Shown here: positions 50,963 to 64,000 of the stretch, one piece after another | Layout: each line of letters opens with the position of its first letter | How positions within the stretch are numbered: position 1 is the first letter of the stretch | NCBI GenBank assembly: GCA_951406725.2 | Contig: OX597840.1 | Location: forward strand, 18,662,001 to 18,726,000 | Source of the DNA: Octopus vulgaris | Lineage: Eukaryota | Direction: 5' to 3' | Length of the DNA stretch: 64,000 bases | Translations under genes and position numbers: made by a program | Notes under the pieces: generated by a model | The model's input: the letters and a program-made list of their open reading frames with translations, nothing else | Told to the model about the DNA's origin: nothing | The model's database searches: none

Positions 50963-53900
50963 GTGAGTCCTGACACCCTTGTTTTGTTATTTTTCACTGA
51001 TGAAGGGACCGGGGGGGAAAGACCTACAATTGAAGAACATTCTTGTTTCATTAAAGTGGGGTACTGGAAACTTACTGGCTTTAAGGATATCATGGAAGTT
51101 GGAGGCCCAAACTTCCAGCTTCTACAAAAATTGAGAGACTGCTGCATTGGTTGTGTGAATCTGTGAGAGGACATAAATTGAGTAAAATCTTAACTGATCC
51201 TCCTGTGTTTTCTTGTCCAAAGACAGGAACATTTCAGCCCATGTGTGCATGGTTCTGTTTGAATTTCTATACACATGCTTTCTGGTTAAGTTCTTCCAGG
51301 CTATATGGTTTTGGGTTCTGTCCTACTGTATAGTACAGTGCTATAGCCCTGGGTTGAGCAAAGCTTATCCCAAAACATGATTGTGAATGAAGTTTAACTA
51401 AACAGCCACACCTATATGGATGTCTCAGTAAATTGAAATTTGCATCATGATGATTTCTGTGGCTGAATGCCAGCCTGTGTACTTTTTTTTTTTAACCAAT
51501 ACCACTAGTGAGGTCAAAAAGTTGCTTCTTATATGCTTATCGGTTAACGGACAGTCAATTGCAGAAACCCGTCAGGGCCCTTTGGTGGGCAAGGAGTTGG
51601 CTACTAGACCATCAGGCTGTATAAAGAAAGTGTAAGTTATCACTGACAGAATTCCAGAAATGTATTTGGCCAAAATTTTCTGTCTTTTATGTTCAAGCCA
51701 TTAGCAGTCTTGTGTGTCTTGAGTCAGACGCATAGTTTTCCTAGAATTACTTTGTTGACAATCTGTCTCAGTGACACTGGGGTATATTCTGAATTGAAGA
51801 GGGAAAATACTTAGGATCTAGGACTACTTCATTGGATATTCTTTTACAACCCTTTCTTTAACAAATTTCTGTTTAAATGAACTCTGAAAACAACAAAGAA
51901 CTTAATAAGATAGCATTTGGTGTTAGGAAGATCTATTTGCATACAGTTTCAAATATAAAGTTTGTATCCTATGATCAAGGCCAGTATAAGCTGTTTCGTT
52001 TGGAAAGGGTCAAGATAGAAGGGTGTAAAATGAAGTTATTCTTAGCCGGGGAGGTGGAAGACCTAGAGTCAGGGAACAGCTCTGTTTATTTAGTAAGGCG
52101 TTACCATTGAATATTCTTTTGTCAAGATGGTAGGGTGTGAGATGAGATGAAGTTGATTCAGTCTCCTCCCTTTCAACTTGGATTTCCAGTGGTAGGTATC
52201 CAAGACTTGAGTTACTGTGCTATTAAGAAATACTGGTTGTGATTTGAAATCTTGAGTGTGTTTATTATTTTCAGTGGATCATATAGAAGAATATGTTGTT
52301 TTTAATTGGACAAAAATTGTGCGGTTTGATTGCTGGATTTATATGAAAGGTCCTTTTAACAAATATACATTGAAACAAAATTTATTACATAAATCTAACT
52401 CTCTTCAAAGTGGAATCGTTTTTGCCGGTGCCAATGCTGCCTGGCTGGCTCCTGTGCTGGTGGCACATAAAAAGCATCATTTGAGCATGATGGCACATAA
52501 AAAGCACCATTCAAGTGTGGTTGTTGCCGGTCCCCCCTGACTGGTGCTGGTGGTGCATAAAAGGCGCTCACTATACTCTCAGAGTGGTTGGTGTTGTGAA
52601 GGACATCCAGTTGTAGAAACCTTGCCAGAACAGATTGGAGCCTGGTGCAGCCTTCTGGTTTGCCAGTCCTCTGTCTAACCGTCCAACCCATGCCAGCATG
52701 GAAAGTGGACGCTTAAAGATGATGATGTACGTGGACTGCTGTATAGTTCCTGCCTTTAAGGGTGTTGCAAAAGGCCTAGTTCAAGGCCCAACCTCCCAGC
52801 TTTGACAGGGCTTAGAAAAATTGAAGGACTGCTACAATAAGTGTGTGAATCTGAAAGGGGAAGTTAATTGCATAAATTAACTGATCCTCCTGTGTTTTCT
52901 TACCCAAAGCGAGGAACATTTCAACCCGTGTGTGCACAGTTCTGTTTGAATTTCTATACAGATGCATTCTGGTTAAGTTCATCCAAGTTATGTGGCTTTG
53001 GAGTCAGTCCTACTGTATAGTGCAATGCTGTATCCTTGGGTTGAGCACAGCTTACCCAAAAGCATTGTTGTGAATGAAGTTTAGCTAAACAGCCACACCT
53101 GTGTGTGTGTGTGTGTCTCTGTGAATTGAAATTTCCATTGTGATGATGATCATCTGGCATCGGATCTGCAGAGTTGAACTTCAGTGACCTGATATCTATG
53201 GCTGAATGCCAGCCAATGTACTATGTTTGCTGAGGCTTTTCCCCGCCAACTTCTCAACTCCTCATTGTGGTCCGACTCTCCACCTGCATTGGTAAGTGGA
53301 ATATCTTTGGGTGATGGTGCTACTGCTGTTGTCACTGGAGTTCTGGTGGCTGTAGGGAGTGGGAGTGCCCATCTCTCTTTTTTTGTCCTGTCTAGGACAA
53401 AGTGCTACACTTGCTTTCCTTCCATCCACCCTGACTGCAATAATGCTGCTTCTAGGAAGAACGACATGGTCCAAGATGAGATCCACATTCTTTTTTGTCA
53501 TTTGTATGGGGAGTTCTATGGTCATCTCAGACCAGTTCTTCCTTTTGGTCTGATGCTTTGAGGATTTTCGAGTTTTCCTCGGTGTCTATCGTCACTGCAG
53601 CAATTAACCAAAGAATGGCAGTACCTGTTGAATGATGATTTTCGCCAGTCTCTGGCCACAGAAGAGAGGAATAAGCAACAGCTCTTCACTTTTGAGGGGA
53701 ATCAAAGGGTGTCAAATTATTTATATCATCCACAGTTTCTCTGTTCCACATTATCCCTCTCAATTCCTGTTAAGCTGTTGAAATGTAAAGCTAATGGTTT
53801 AAGAAATACTCCTAATTTAAATGTCTAAGAATAGAATTAACTTTGTGAAATCATAACTCCAGCTATCTGAGTCAATGAATCACTGAAGCTTGGCAATATT

Positions 53901-53994
53901 GAGTTGATGAGTCACCGATGCTTTGTCAGTACTATGCTTGAAATGTAGGTTTTCGGTTGTGTACTAAGTTCACATATTCCATTCACCCTCATAA

Positions 53995-54800
53995 TACCAA
54001 TAAACATTGTAAACAACTTTTGCTATATTTGCAATGACTTAGCATTCAAGTCACAAAATGGCATTTCACGCTAGTGATTAAAAAGTGATATGTGCATTAT
54101 TTTGACTGCAAAGTGGGTGTCCAGGGTAAAAGCTGGACCCCTCATGTGTTGTGTAACCTGTGTCAGGGTTCTCGCTCTATGGGCCAAAGGTTTATACCTT
54201 TTGCCATCCCTATGATTTGAAGAGAGCCTAAAGATCACACTTCAGATTGCTGCTTCTGTATGGTGAATACACAAGGTATAACCTCGAAATCCAAGCATAC
54301 TGTAAAATATCCTAATATACATTCTGCTATGAGACCAGTACTTCAATCAAAACTTAACTGTATTTGGCCCTCCAAAACAAATGACACCTAGTGACGACAA
54401 GTCAAGTGAAGATGTGGAGAAAGAAAGAGAAGACACGGATTTTGTGCCTAACCGTTTGTCAGGTGGACCGCATTTGTTGAATCTGAGTGATCTAAATGAT
54501 CTTGTTGGGGATTTAAACTTGGAAAAGCAATCTGAACTTCTTGGTTCCAAGTTAAAGGACTGGAATCTTGTCCAAAAGAAGACTTAAGTTAGTTTTCATT
54601 GTGATTTTTTTCTCATTTGAGGATAGTATGGTGTTCTTTGGTGTATATTCTGTTGTGGGGGAAACTTAACTACAAATATAGCATGGATGGGTGGTGTTTG
54701 TTTATTGACTCTTTGAAAGCAGTATTACTCCACAATGGAAATTAGTTTCTTTCTCTTCCTCTGGCTCATGCAGCTAACACAAAGGAAACATATGAGAGTA
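53995..54800 (+). pseudogene. Longer decayed copy of a related transposase in RPS4 intron 3
   Basis: Across frameshifts and stops: NNFCYIC...GKSWTPHV...FAIPMI*REPKDHTSDCCFC...KYPNIHSAMRPV...DLNDLVGDLNL..SELLGSKLKDWNL...LFIDSLKAVLLHNGN. Confidence 0.7.
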
Positions 54801-56558
54801 AATTTCTGGTTATTATTTGTTATATTAACCAGAATAACATTTCAGATATATTCTTGTGAGTGATGTCAAACCAGCCAAATCTTCATGTTTATAAAAACCA
54901 GAATAATGTCTCAGCATATAAGTGATAATCATTAATGCTGTTTAAACTGCAACCCTTTGTGACGTAAAGAAAAATCCAAACAGTTTCGTTCATCGTCCAG
55001 GCCACAACTAAGTGCTTCCAGAAAGGGCTGTGGAGCTCAACGGTGACATCTTGCAAACCCTGGTGGAACAAAATCCCATTGTAACTTGAGAAGCTTGGAT
55101 TTGGTCATTCAACCATTCATTGACACCTTCGTGCCATCATTGTCAGAAATTTATCTTAACCTTATCACTGAATTTTAATTTTAACTTCAAAAGTGATTAA
55201 TAGTTTTTTATATTTTTGAAACACGTTTTTATGAACTTTAGGTCTTCCACAAAAAATTGCCTTAGTAATAACTATCACAATGGCAACTCGGTTTTGTACT
55301 TACTTACCTATTTCTGTAATTAGGTTGTTCAATTTCACTTTGGTCGTAATTTTTCTTTTGGCAAGGGAGCCATGTTCAATTTCTGTGTGGATGATGTTTT
55401 AGAACAGGTAGAATATTTTGGCCTGATACGACCAGATGAAATGCTAAAGGGTTACATGTTATTAAATTTCCACCCTGTCTGATATTAGGATACCTTCTAC
55501 CTCTGGTTCTCAGCCATTTTATATCGATGGACCCCTTTGATTCCTATTCACTATTTCATCCTTTAGCATTTAAATAGGCCAAAGCTACCTGTAGCTACCT
55601 GAAAATGCATGATTAATTCAAAACAATGTGAATACTAAAGGGTTGATTAAAATCTTTAAAAATTTACCGTGATATACTGAGGAATCTGCAGTATAAATTT
55701 ACAAATATTGGCCGGAAAAATCCGCAATGTGGCTAGGGATTACTGTATGACCGATTTATTGCACATTGAGAACTGCTTTTTCTGTGTAGGCCCGAAGTTG
55801 TTGAGGTGTTGATGGTTTGTCTCTGGCATTCATCGAAGCCAACAGTTGAATTACTGACCAGTTGGTCATAATAATGCCAATATCAAAATCTTTTACACGG
55901 TCACTATTTGTACCTTTTATGGTCTTATAGTATCACCAAGTATCAGGACATGCCTCTGGACATTTTTGACTTTTTTTTTTTTTTTTTTTGGTTACCCTCC
56001 TTATCTTTTATAGGTTTCAGCCAGAGGCTGAGGCCATGCTGGTGCACCTTATTTGTTTTATATATGTTCTCAAATCATCTCTTTTTTACCATTGGGTATG
56101 GAGACCATTTCTTGTTACTCTCTTATTTTGTCTGTTCATGTTCGTCTATTATTCACACCTCAGTAGCTTATGTTGCTGACAGTGCTGAATTGAACATAAT
56201 TAGGTGTCAAAATGGTGATGATATTTGGTCACTGGCAGATGAAGGGGTTTAGTGTTTTTGTGGTTTGTCCATATGTTCTTTTGTTTCTTAATGACTTGCT
56301 TTTATTCATATTGGGATGGTGGAATTGTTAGCATTCTGGACAGTGCATGGTGGCATTTCTTCAGGCTGTGAGTTTTGTGTTCAAATTCTGCTCAGGTTTA
56401 CTTTTGCGTTCTATAGTTTCGAGCTGACTTAAGCCTTGGGAGTGAATTTGGTAGATGGTAAATGAAAGAGACCAGTCATTTATATCTATATGTGGGACTG
56501 ATGAAATACAAAAGGATAAAGGCTTATATAGATGAATAATTTCTGTGTTTCTTTTCAG

Positions 56559-56656
56559 ATGTCATCACCATTGAAAAGACCGATGAATATTTCCGTTTGA
56601 TTTATGATGCAAAAGGAAGGTTTATTGTTCACCGTATTAAAGCTGATGAAGCAAAG
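56559..56656 (+). CDS. RPS4: RPS4 exon 4 ([33 protein letters not shown])
   Basis: eS4 central motif; acceptor TTTTCAG, donor AAG|GTATGT; 98 nt. Not in the supplied ORF track; translated by hand. Confidence 0.97.
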
Positions 56657-57939
56657 GTATGTGAAATGGTTGTCTTCTTTCTAAAGACATTTTTTTCTTT
56701 CTTTTTCAAAGCTACTATGTGAAATGTTTTGGTTATACTAGACACATGTAGGTTCTTTCTGTACATGTGCTGTACTTCCCTAATAGAGTAAACTCCTATT
56801 TAAACAAGCATTTTGGCTGATAGTAATATTTGAAGTCAATTTATAAAAGAAAGATCCATCACTCAAATGTTCTTAACTTCTATCCATTTTTCTGTGCTTG
56901 CACGAGTTGGACAGGATTTGCTGGTGAGGTGACTTTCTGTTGACAAATGTTGTCCGTTTCTCACCAAGGTTATGTTTCCCCTTGTTTCTTGAAAGATTAG
57001 AAGTGGAGGGTGCCTCCTATCTGATTATGGTACCCTCTTACAACTAGGTGTGGTGTTGAGACACGGTGACACAGTCATAATCTCCATGTGTGTACACACA
57101 CATGGACGCAGTGGGCTTCTCTTGGTTTCCATCTACCAAATCTGCTAAAGACTGGCTTGAGGCTGTAGAAGACACTTGCCCATGGTTTCGTACAGTGGTA
57201 CTGAATCCAAGAGCTTATGGTTGGGAAGAAAGCTTCTTACCACATAACCATACCAGACTCAAATATTCTACCTGTTTTCTTGTCACACTGGCCAGCTTTG
57301 GTCTTTCTCGCCTACTCTAAATTAACATTCTAAAAATAATTACATTGAAATCTCAAAGCTGTCTGATAATGCATGATTAATTGAAGACATTGCGGGATAT
57401 GTGTAAAAGGCCAAGTCTTGCAAATTTGAAAATAAAACGAGTACAGTATTTGGGCCAGATATGTCTGGTTTATCTGAAAAGCAAGAATTTTGCAACTTTT
57501 CTGTCCATGTTTTCTGATAATTTTTTTTACATCACTTCAACGTCCGTTTTCCATGCTAGCATGGTTTAGACTGTTCAACAGGGGTCTGGGAAGCCAGAAG
57601 GCTGCACCAGGCTCCAGTCTGATCTGGCAGTCTTTCTACAAATGGATGCCCTTCCTAACGCCAACCACTCCGTGAGTGTAGTGTGGGTGCTTTTTACGTG
57701 CCACCTGAACAAATGCCAGACGAGGCTGGCAAACGACCACGATCGGATGGTGCTTTTTATGTGCCACCGACATGGAGGCCTGTCGGGGCGGTGCTGGCAA
57801 CAGCCACGTTCAGATGGTTCTCTTATCAATGAAAGGATATTTTTATCTGTTGTTTATGCATAAACGTGATATTACCAATTACTGTGTGTTGTGCAGTTGA
57901 ACTTAATCTTTTTCTATTGTTTTTCTCTTTGTCTTTTAG

Positions 57940-58111
57940 TATAAATTGTGCCGTGTAAAGAAAGTTCAAACTGGTATAAAGGGAATTCCATTCCTAGTAA
58001 CACATGACGGTCGTACAATCCGCTACCCTGATCCCCTCATCAAAGTCAGTGACAGTGTTTTGTTAGATATTGCTACTAGCAAGATCAAAGAGTTTATCAA
58101 ATTTGACTCGG
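57940..58111 (+). CDS. RPS4: RPS4 exon 5 ([32 protein letters not shown]...FIKFDS)
   Basis: [13 protein letters not shown] motif; acceptor TTTTAG, donor G|GTAAGT; 172 nt. Confidence 0.98.
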
Positions 58112-59419
58112 GTAAGTTACTGTATTATTTTCTATAATCATTATCTTGTCTGATAAGTTTACAACTTGTCACTCACAGGCTCGGTCTTTGCAGTGGCTGG
58201 ACCGACAGGTGATTGCTAGTAGTGTGTGTAGAGTTTTACTTCTGCTTATCCATGCAAGCAAGATTACTAGGCATGGTGAAATATCGGAAACTGGAAATTA
58301 TATATATGCATTTGTATATTATGAGCTTCTTTCAGTTTCCATTTACCAAGTCCACTAAAGACATTGGTCATTCTAGAAAACACTTGCCCACGGTCGCATG
58401 CAAGTAGGACTGGACCCCAGGGTGCACTGGTGGTGGGGTTTTTTGTGAAGGTCTTACATTTGTGGGTGTGTGCATAGAGGGGCAACAGGCAGGTAACATG
58501 TAATACATTTCCCCAGTTGCTTCCTTCCTATCTAAAATTTCCATTTTGGATTGCCAGTGTGTAGAATTTGCTCTGAATTTTCATGACAGCACATGCAAGG
58601 TAGGCACCAGTACATCTGTATTTTGGCTGATAACTTGTTGGCCATTATGCCACTCTATGGAATTGGCACTTCTCTTTCATTATTAGTAACTTTAATAAAT
58701 TCAGCTTATGCTATTTTATTGCCTGGAAGAGTCCATTTCATTAACCCTATAGCTGTTTCAACACTAAGTTTATTTTATTCAAACTGGTGTACATCAATGA
58801 AATTCTTCCATCAAGTAAATGTGTTAGAGGACTGTCATATATCCGTCGTCTTTTGGTCTGTGAAGTTCATTTAATACAGTCAAGTGATACAAAGGCAAGG
58901 AAACCTACATGCAATGTGTTTTTAGCTTCTGTGTACAAAATCCATTCGCAAAGTTGTAGAAGACAACAGTTGTCCAATGTTCCATGCAATGGAACTGAAC
59001 TTGAAACTACCTGATTCAGAGCAAACTTCTTAACCACACAGCTTTTCTGTGTCTTATAAACTAAATATTAAATCGTTATATAGTGGGTAATGGAGGAGGA
59101 AAACAATGAAGAAAGGTGGAATACAGGATTTCATGGTATTACAGCATTGGAAGCAAAATTCTGTTGGTGCTATAGGATTCTATATGCTAGTTAAGTTGAT
59201 GAGATGATAGCTTCATTTTAGAAGACTTTTTGTATTGTTGATATTCTCTCTGGAGACAGAACATGTTCAGGTGCTTAATTCCACCTAACGGTTCGATTTT
59301 TTAAATTACCATATCTGGATTTGAATAAAATGAGGGATCCTGTAAGAATGTGAAACAGTAATATTGGTTTTTGTGTTTCTAGTCTAAATATAATGTAAAA
59401 AAAACTCTTGTCATTTCAG

Positions 59420-59549
59420 GTAACCTATGTATGATCACTGGCGGCCACAACATTGGGCGTGTTGGTGTAATAACTCACAGGGATAGACATCCAGGGTCCT
59501 TTGACATTGTACATGTTAGAGATACATTGGGGCATGTATTTGCCACAAG
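59420..59549 (+). CDS. RPS4: RPS4 exon 6 ([44 protein letters not shown])
   Basis: KOW-region motif MITGG.N.GR.G; acceptor TTTCAG, donor AG|GTATGT; 130 nt. Confidence 0.98.
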
Positions 59550-61399
59550 GTATGTCATTCCTTTCTTGTATTTGTCAGTCTTTCATTGTCTTGCTTTCTT
59601 GTCCTCTGTACGAAGGTGTGTGTGTGTGCACATGTCTTACTACACAGCCAGAACTCCATAAATGTAGACTTCAAAGCATTATTACTGAACGGTTTTTAAT
59701 TCCAGCACACTGAGTTACATATTTCCAATCATTATGTTTAAATAAAAACAAGTTTTCAAGGTGTCAGTTGTTAGTCACAGCTGATTCAGCTACTGTTGCA
59801 GAAGGCCATTTTTTTTCACCTCGTGACACGCAAACTAGGTTAAGGCCTCTTCCAGCTTATGTCCATTCTTCCTGCAAAGTGCTACATTGTTTGTTCACTG
59901 TTGTATTACATGCATGAATGCTATTACACACCTGGTGCTTTTTGTTAGAAAGACGGTGATACAAGTTTTGTTAAAGGCATATCAGCCACCTCCTTACACT
60001 TAGAGACGGGAGTGTTGTGCTGTTTTGATTCTCCCTCTTATTCTGGTTGTGTCCCTGGTGGAATATTTTGATTGTGCTTTTCGAATGCAACGGTGTTCTT
60101 AGGTACTTTTACCATATTTGATGGCGTGTGACATGCTTTTAACTGAAAAATGTCTTGAAGAAAAAACGAAGCCCTATTTTGTCCTATGTGTGAAGTTGGG
60201 GTTTATGTTATATGCGTGGATACATTGCAAATTTCCTTTTTTGGTGGGTGCATCTTGTATGACATCAAATATCGTGTAACCACTTTGGATGGTTCTACAA
60301 GTAATTTTCTAAACCCTTTTTATGTCGATAAAATTTAACTGTTGATGCAAAGAAGTTGAAAAATTAGCTGTCTGTAATATTTTGGTTGTAACAATGTTTG
60401 AGTGTTATGCTTTGAACAGCCTTCACTATTGAAAGAAATTGCTTCCTGGTCTTAAAACAAAACCAGTTCGGTTCAGTCCAGTCCTTGGCAGCATGGAAAA
60501 CAAATTAGATTATGATTATGATGAAGTGTTGGGTTTTCAACAACTGTAAAACGAATGAAATCAGACAAAATCTTAAGACTAGTGAAACAGATTTGTGTGC
60601 ATTTAGACATCTAGGTAGAAATGAGTAATGCAATATGGAATTTCTGTTGATCTCATTTCATAGATTTTGGGGTACAAAATTATAAAAATATTCGGGTCTT
60701 GTTTGTATCTTGTCATAATCACTGTTAATTTAAGAGAGTATGTAGAAGGCTTTCAGCATGTGGAAATGAGCTTTTTCAAGTTTGTTCAGGGGAAGGTAAC
60801 TCTGGAAGCTTTAAGATACTGTTACCATCACTGCATTATCTGCAACATATCTCCCTATAAAACATTGACGGAATTCTGGTTTAAGCTCCCCATGTAGCAC
60901 CTTATGACTTTCCTATTTTGCTGAATTTGTGTTTTGCATACGGGAATTCAGGCGATTATGCAAGAAATAAACATTTTAAAACCCCTTTCTCCCTTCTCCA
61001 GTAAATCCTAAAAGTTCCTTTTTCTGGAATTTTTCAAAATCAGTTGAACTTATGGACCGTCCAGATTCTATACTTAAACCCTAGCAATGGGTGCATCATC
61101 AGTTCATAAAATATGTTTATGGTGAGAAAAATATTGAGAAACAAATACGTGTATGTGTCGAAGAAATGAGGAAGGTATCAGGTGGTCGTGGGGTGTGCGC
61201 TAAATAAGTGAAATCCCCCTTAGATCACACAATTTTTTTGCACATGATCTCATGAAGTCACATTTGTAGGACACAAATTTGCATAATTTTCAAAAGCATA
61301 AAAAAGCTATGAGGACTTGTGTGGGTTCTTAAATCAGAATTTCGTCTAAAATTGTTGTTAGGTTATGAATTATTAATTTTTTTTTTTCCTTCTTTTCAG

Positions 61400-61526
61400 A
61401 ATTAAGAATGTATTCATCATTGGCAAAGGAAACAAACCTTGGGTGTCACTACCAAAGGGCAAGGGTGTGAGACTGACTGTGTCAGAAGAGAGAGACAAGA
61501 GAATTGCAGCTAGGCAACAACAGTAA
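61400..61526 (+). CDS. RPS4: RPS4 exon 7 to stop ([41 protein letters not shown])
   Basis: eS4 C-terminal motif; acceptor TTTTCAG; TAA at 61524-61526. Exon sum 3+81+181+98+172+130+127 = 792 nt = 263 aa plus stop. Confidence 0.97.
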
Positions 61527-61531
61527 ATGTG

Positions 61532-61548
61532 ATTAAAGGGTCATTAAA
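61532..61548 (+). terminator. RPS4 polyadenylation signals (two ATTAAA)
   Basis: ATTAAA at 61532-61537 and 61543-61548 just after the stop, followed by a GT/T-rich downstream element (~61575-61625). Confidence 0.7.
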
Positions 61549-64000
61549 GACTTGTTCCTTGGAAATGTCTGGAGTTTTGTTGTTATTTGCATTCTTGTTT
61601 GTTTTTGTTGTAGTAGTTTGTTGTGTCCATTTTTCGGACACAAAAGTGACGGTCTGGTGTGCTGTTGGAAAGGCTGCCGTCTTATGGTATTTTTTTTAAG
61701 ACAGTAATGGAAGTGCTGTTATTGTGAACTCAGGGCTTTGGTTGGCCCGAGGCTATAGAAAACACTTGCCCAAGGTGCAATGCCTTGGGGCTGAACCCTG
61801 GTACCATGTGGTTGGGAAACGGCCACACATGCATTTACACACAGCTGATGTCAACTTTCTAAACTTGAGTCCATGCAAATGTTCCCAGGTTCCAAGATCT
61901 TGTGTGATTTGTTTTGAGTGTTTAATGTGTTGTCATCGGCTAAAAGAAATAAATGTATAATTGTGGACACAGCAGAAGTTGGGACAACCAGAAACCAATT
62001 GTCCTTCAGGTATTTTGTATGAGTTTACCTTTATAAGGAAGTTTTAATGAGTGGGGGGCCCTTCGTTCCCAGTAATTAGTCCATTGCTGGGACCCTGACT
62101 GAGAATTATTGCATCGGTCCTTAAATTTTTCCTAAGCCCAGAAGGTTGGTCCTGGCGAGGCCTTTTGCGACACCATTAAATCCAGGAGCTTTTTGGCACA
62201 CCCCCCCATAGTTGTTACTGCACCGTTTATGAAGTTGATTCACTGTTACTTGATCTGTCGACAGATTTTATCAAGCCACGACAAATTTTCAGAAGTCGAT
62301 CACGTATATTCCTACTTTTGCTTGTGTAAAAGTTGCACTATTTTATGCTTCATTTTATTTTAACTGGTTGGATGGATGCAACGTGCACAAGGGGCTAGGT
62401 TGGAAAACGAAAGAGTAAAATTTTTTACCACATCTCCATGGCAACACCTTTATTAATTTTGTCTGTTGTGGCCATGTTTCTATATAAATGCAGGTGTGGT
62501 TAGAATGTATCCAACTACATGGTTCCGGATTCAGTCCCTCTACAAACTTGAGCCAACCAGAGTCTTGTTAGTGGGTTTGGTAGATGGAAACTGAAAGAAG
62601 CCCATTGTATGTGAGAATGTTTGTCCCACAATCGTTTCACAACCTGTTCAGCAAAAGATATCGATGGAATAAGTACTAGGCATACAAAGTCCTGGGGTCG
62701 ATTTCTTCAACTAGAATACTTTAAAACAGTGCTCCAGCAAGGCCGCAGTTGAATGACTAAAATATGCAAAAGAATATATATACATACAGGAAAAGTAGGA
62801 GTTGCAAAAGCACTGAGAATAGTTAAAATATCTTTTATTAGTATATAGATGCAGGAGTGGCTGTGGGGTAAGTAGCTTGCTTACCAACCATGTGGTTCCA
62901 GGTTGAGTCTCATTTTCTGACACCTTGGGCAAGTGTCTTCTACTGTAGCGTTGGGCCGACCTAAGCCTTGTGAGTGGATTTGGTAAGCGGAAACTGAAAG
63001 AAGCCCATAGTATATATGTGTGTTTACATCCCCGTAACTTAGCGGTTTGGCAAAAGAGACCGATAGAATAGGTACTAGGCTTACAAAGAATAAGTCCTGG
63101 GGTCGATTTGCTCGACTAAAGACGGTGCTCCAGGGTGGCCAGTCACATGACTGAAACAAGTAAAAGTACACACAAAATTCATTCTGCCACTTACTAGGAA
63201 ATTATGCTGCTAACAACCCAAACTTTAGCGACTTGACTGCATACAAACGACTCCGGTGGTGCTGGCAGAGATTCTCTTCAAATGCTGTTGCTGTTTGTGT
63301 GTTACAGATTCATGTCCGACGGATGCCTACTATATATGTGTATGTGTAAGTACTTAGCTTACAAAGAATAAGTCGATTTCCTCGACTATAGGCGGTGCTC
63401 CAGCATGGCCGCAGTCAAATGACTGAAATGAGCAAAAGAGAGATGTTTCTGTCGCAAAAGACCAATTAGACTAATTAAATTACGCTTGTAAGCTTCACTT
63501 TAGAATTTGATTTGGCGAGTGAAAAATAAATTAGAAAACGAAATGATTATAATTATCACAAAGTTAACTAAATGTACTAACTTTAAATATAAAAATATTT
63601 CATTATTATTCACTAATAAAAAAGAAAGGAGCACTCCGTCAGTTGCGACGATGAGGGTCCCAGCCGATACGATCAACAGCTTGCTTGCAAAATTGACGTG
63701 CAAGTGGCTGACCACTCCACAAAAACGTGTACCCTGAATGTAGTTCTCGGGAAGATTCAGTGTGACAAAGCTGGCCCTTTGAAATACAGGTAGTACTCGT
63801 TTTTGCCAGATGAGTGAACTGGAGCCTGCATGAAGTAAAGTATCTTGCTCAAGGACACAACATGTCGCCAGGAATTGAACTTACGATTATGAGCCGAATG
63901 CCCCTAACCATGAAGCCGCGCGCCTTCAGATTGAATTCCAAATGACGTAATATAATAATGTGTTGAAATACATATTCTTCAGTTGTATGCCTAAACATGG

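Noticed and set aside
53137-53210. C/D box snoRNA-like GTGATGA...CTGA (and ATGATGA...CTGA at ~51447-51466)
   Set aside because: Better explained as a decayed RTE tail ((GAT)n plus TCTATGGCTGAATGCC, compare TCTACAGCTGGATGCC); no rRNA complementarity recognised.
53230-53620. Possible LINE ORF1 (zinc-knuckle) remnant on the minus strand
   Set aside because: Only a faint, frameshifted resemblance; not supportable without a profile search.
56138-56197. Hairpins in RPS4 introns 3, 5 and 6 (also ~58168-58212, ~59800-59857) and after the gene (61621-61643) as miRNA or snoRNA precursors
   Set aside because: No box motifs or recognisable mature miRNA; short G-U-rich hairpins are expected by chance in T/G-skewed introns.

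Overview
Eukaryotic, AT-rich, repeat-dense genomic DNA. The SINE/LINE/MITE families look like those I recall from Octopus (coleoid cephalopod) genomes; this taxon call is inference. Two spliced genes lie head-to-head around ~44.9-45.7 kb. On the minus strand is the 5' part of MTF1 (metal-responsive transcription factor 1): five coding exons covering a long acidic/His-rich N-terminus and C2H2 fingers 1-4, continuing off the left edge. On the plus strand is a complete 7-exon RPS4 gene (792 nt CDS, 263 aa) with a TCT/5'TOP start. All exon junctions were read by hand, are GT-AG and are phase-compatible. The introns contain tRNA-derived SINEs, 5'-truncated RTE LINE 3' ends, TTAA-flanked MITEs, non-autonomous Helitrons, decayed transposases and very long microsatellites. 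Most ORFs in the supplied track are artefacts of these repeats. Main observations: (1) minimal type I hammerhead-ribozyme motifs in Penelope-like remnants within MTF1 introns, one with an intact core and several with recurrent core variants (CCGAnGA, CUGUCGA); (2) a phase-compatible candidate alternative exon inside the ZF1-ZF2 linker intron of MTF1; (3) a shared MTF1-RPS4 promoter with a possible MTF1 non-coding first exon abutting the RPS4 start; (4) a ~400-bp loopless palindrome and other dsRNA-forming inverted repeats. Repeat boundaries are approximate and only representative copies are listed.
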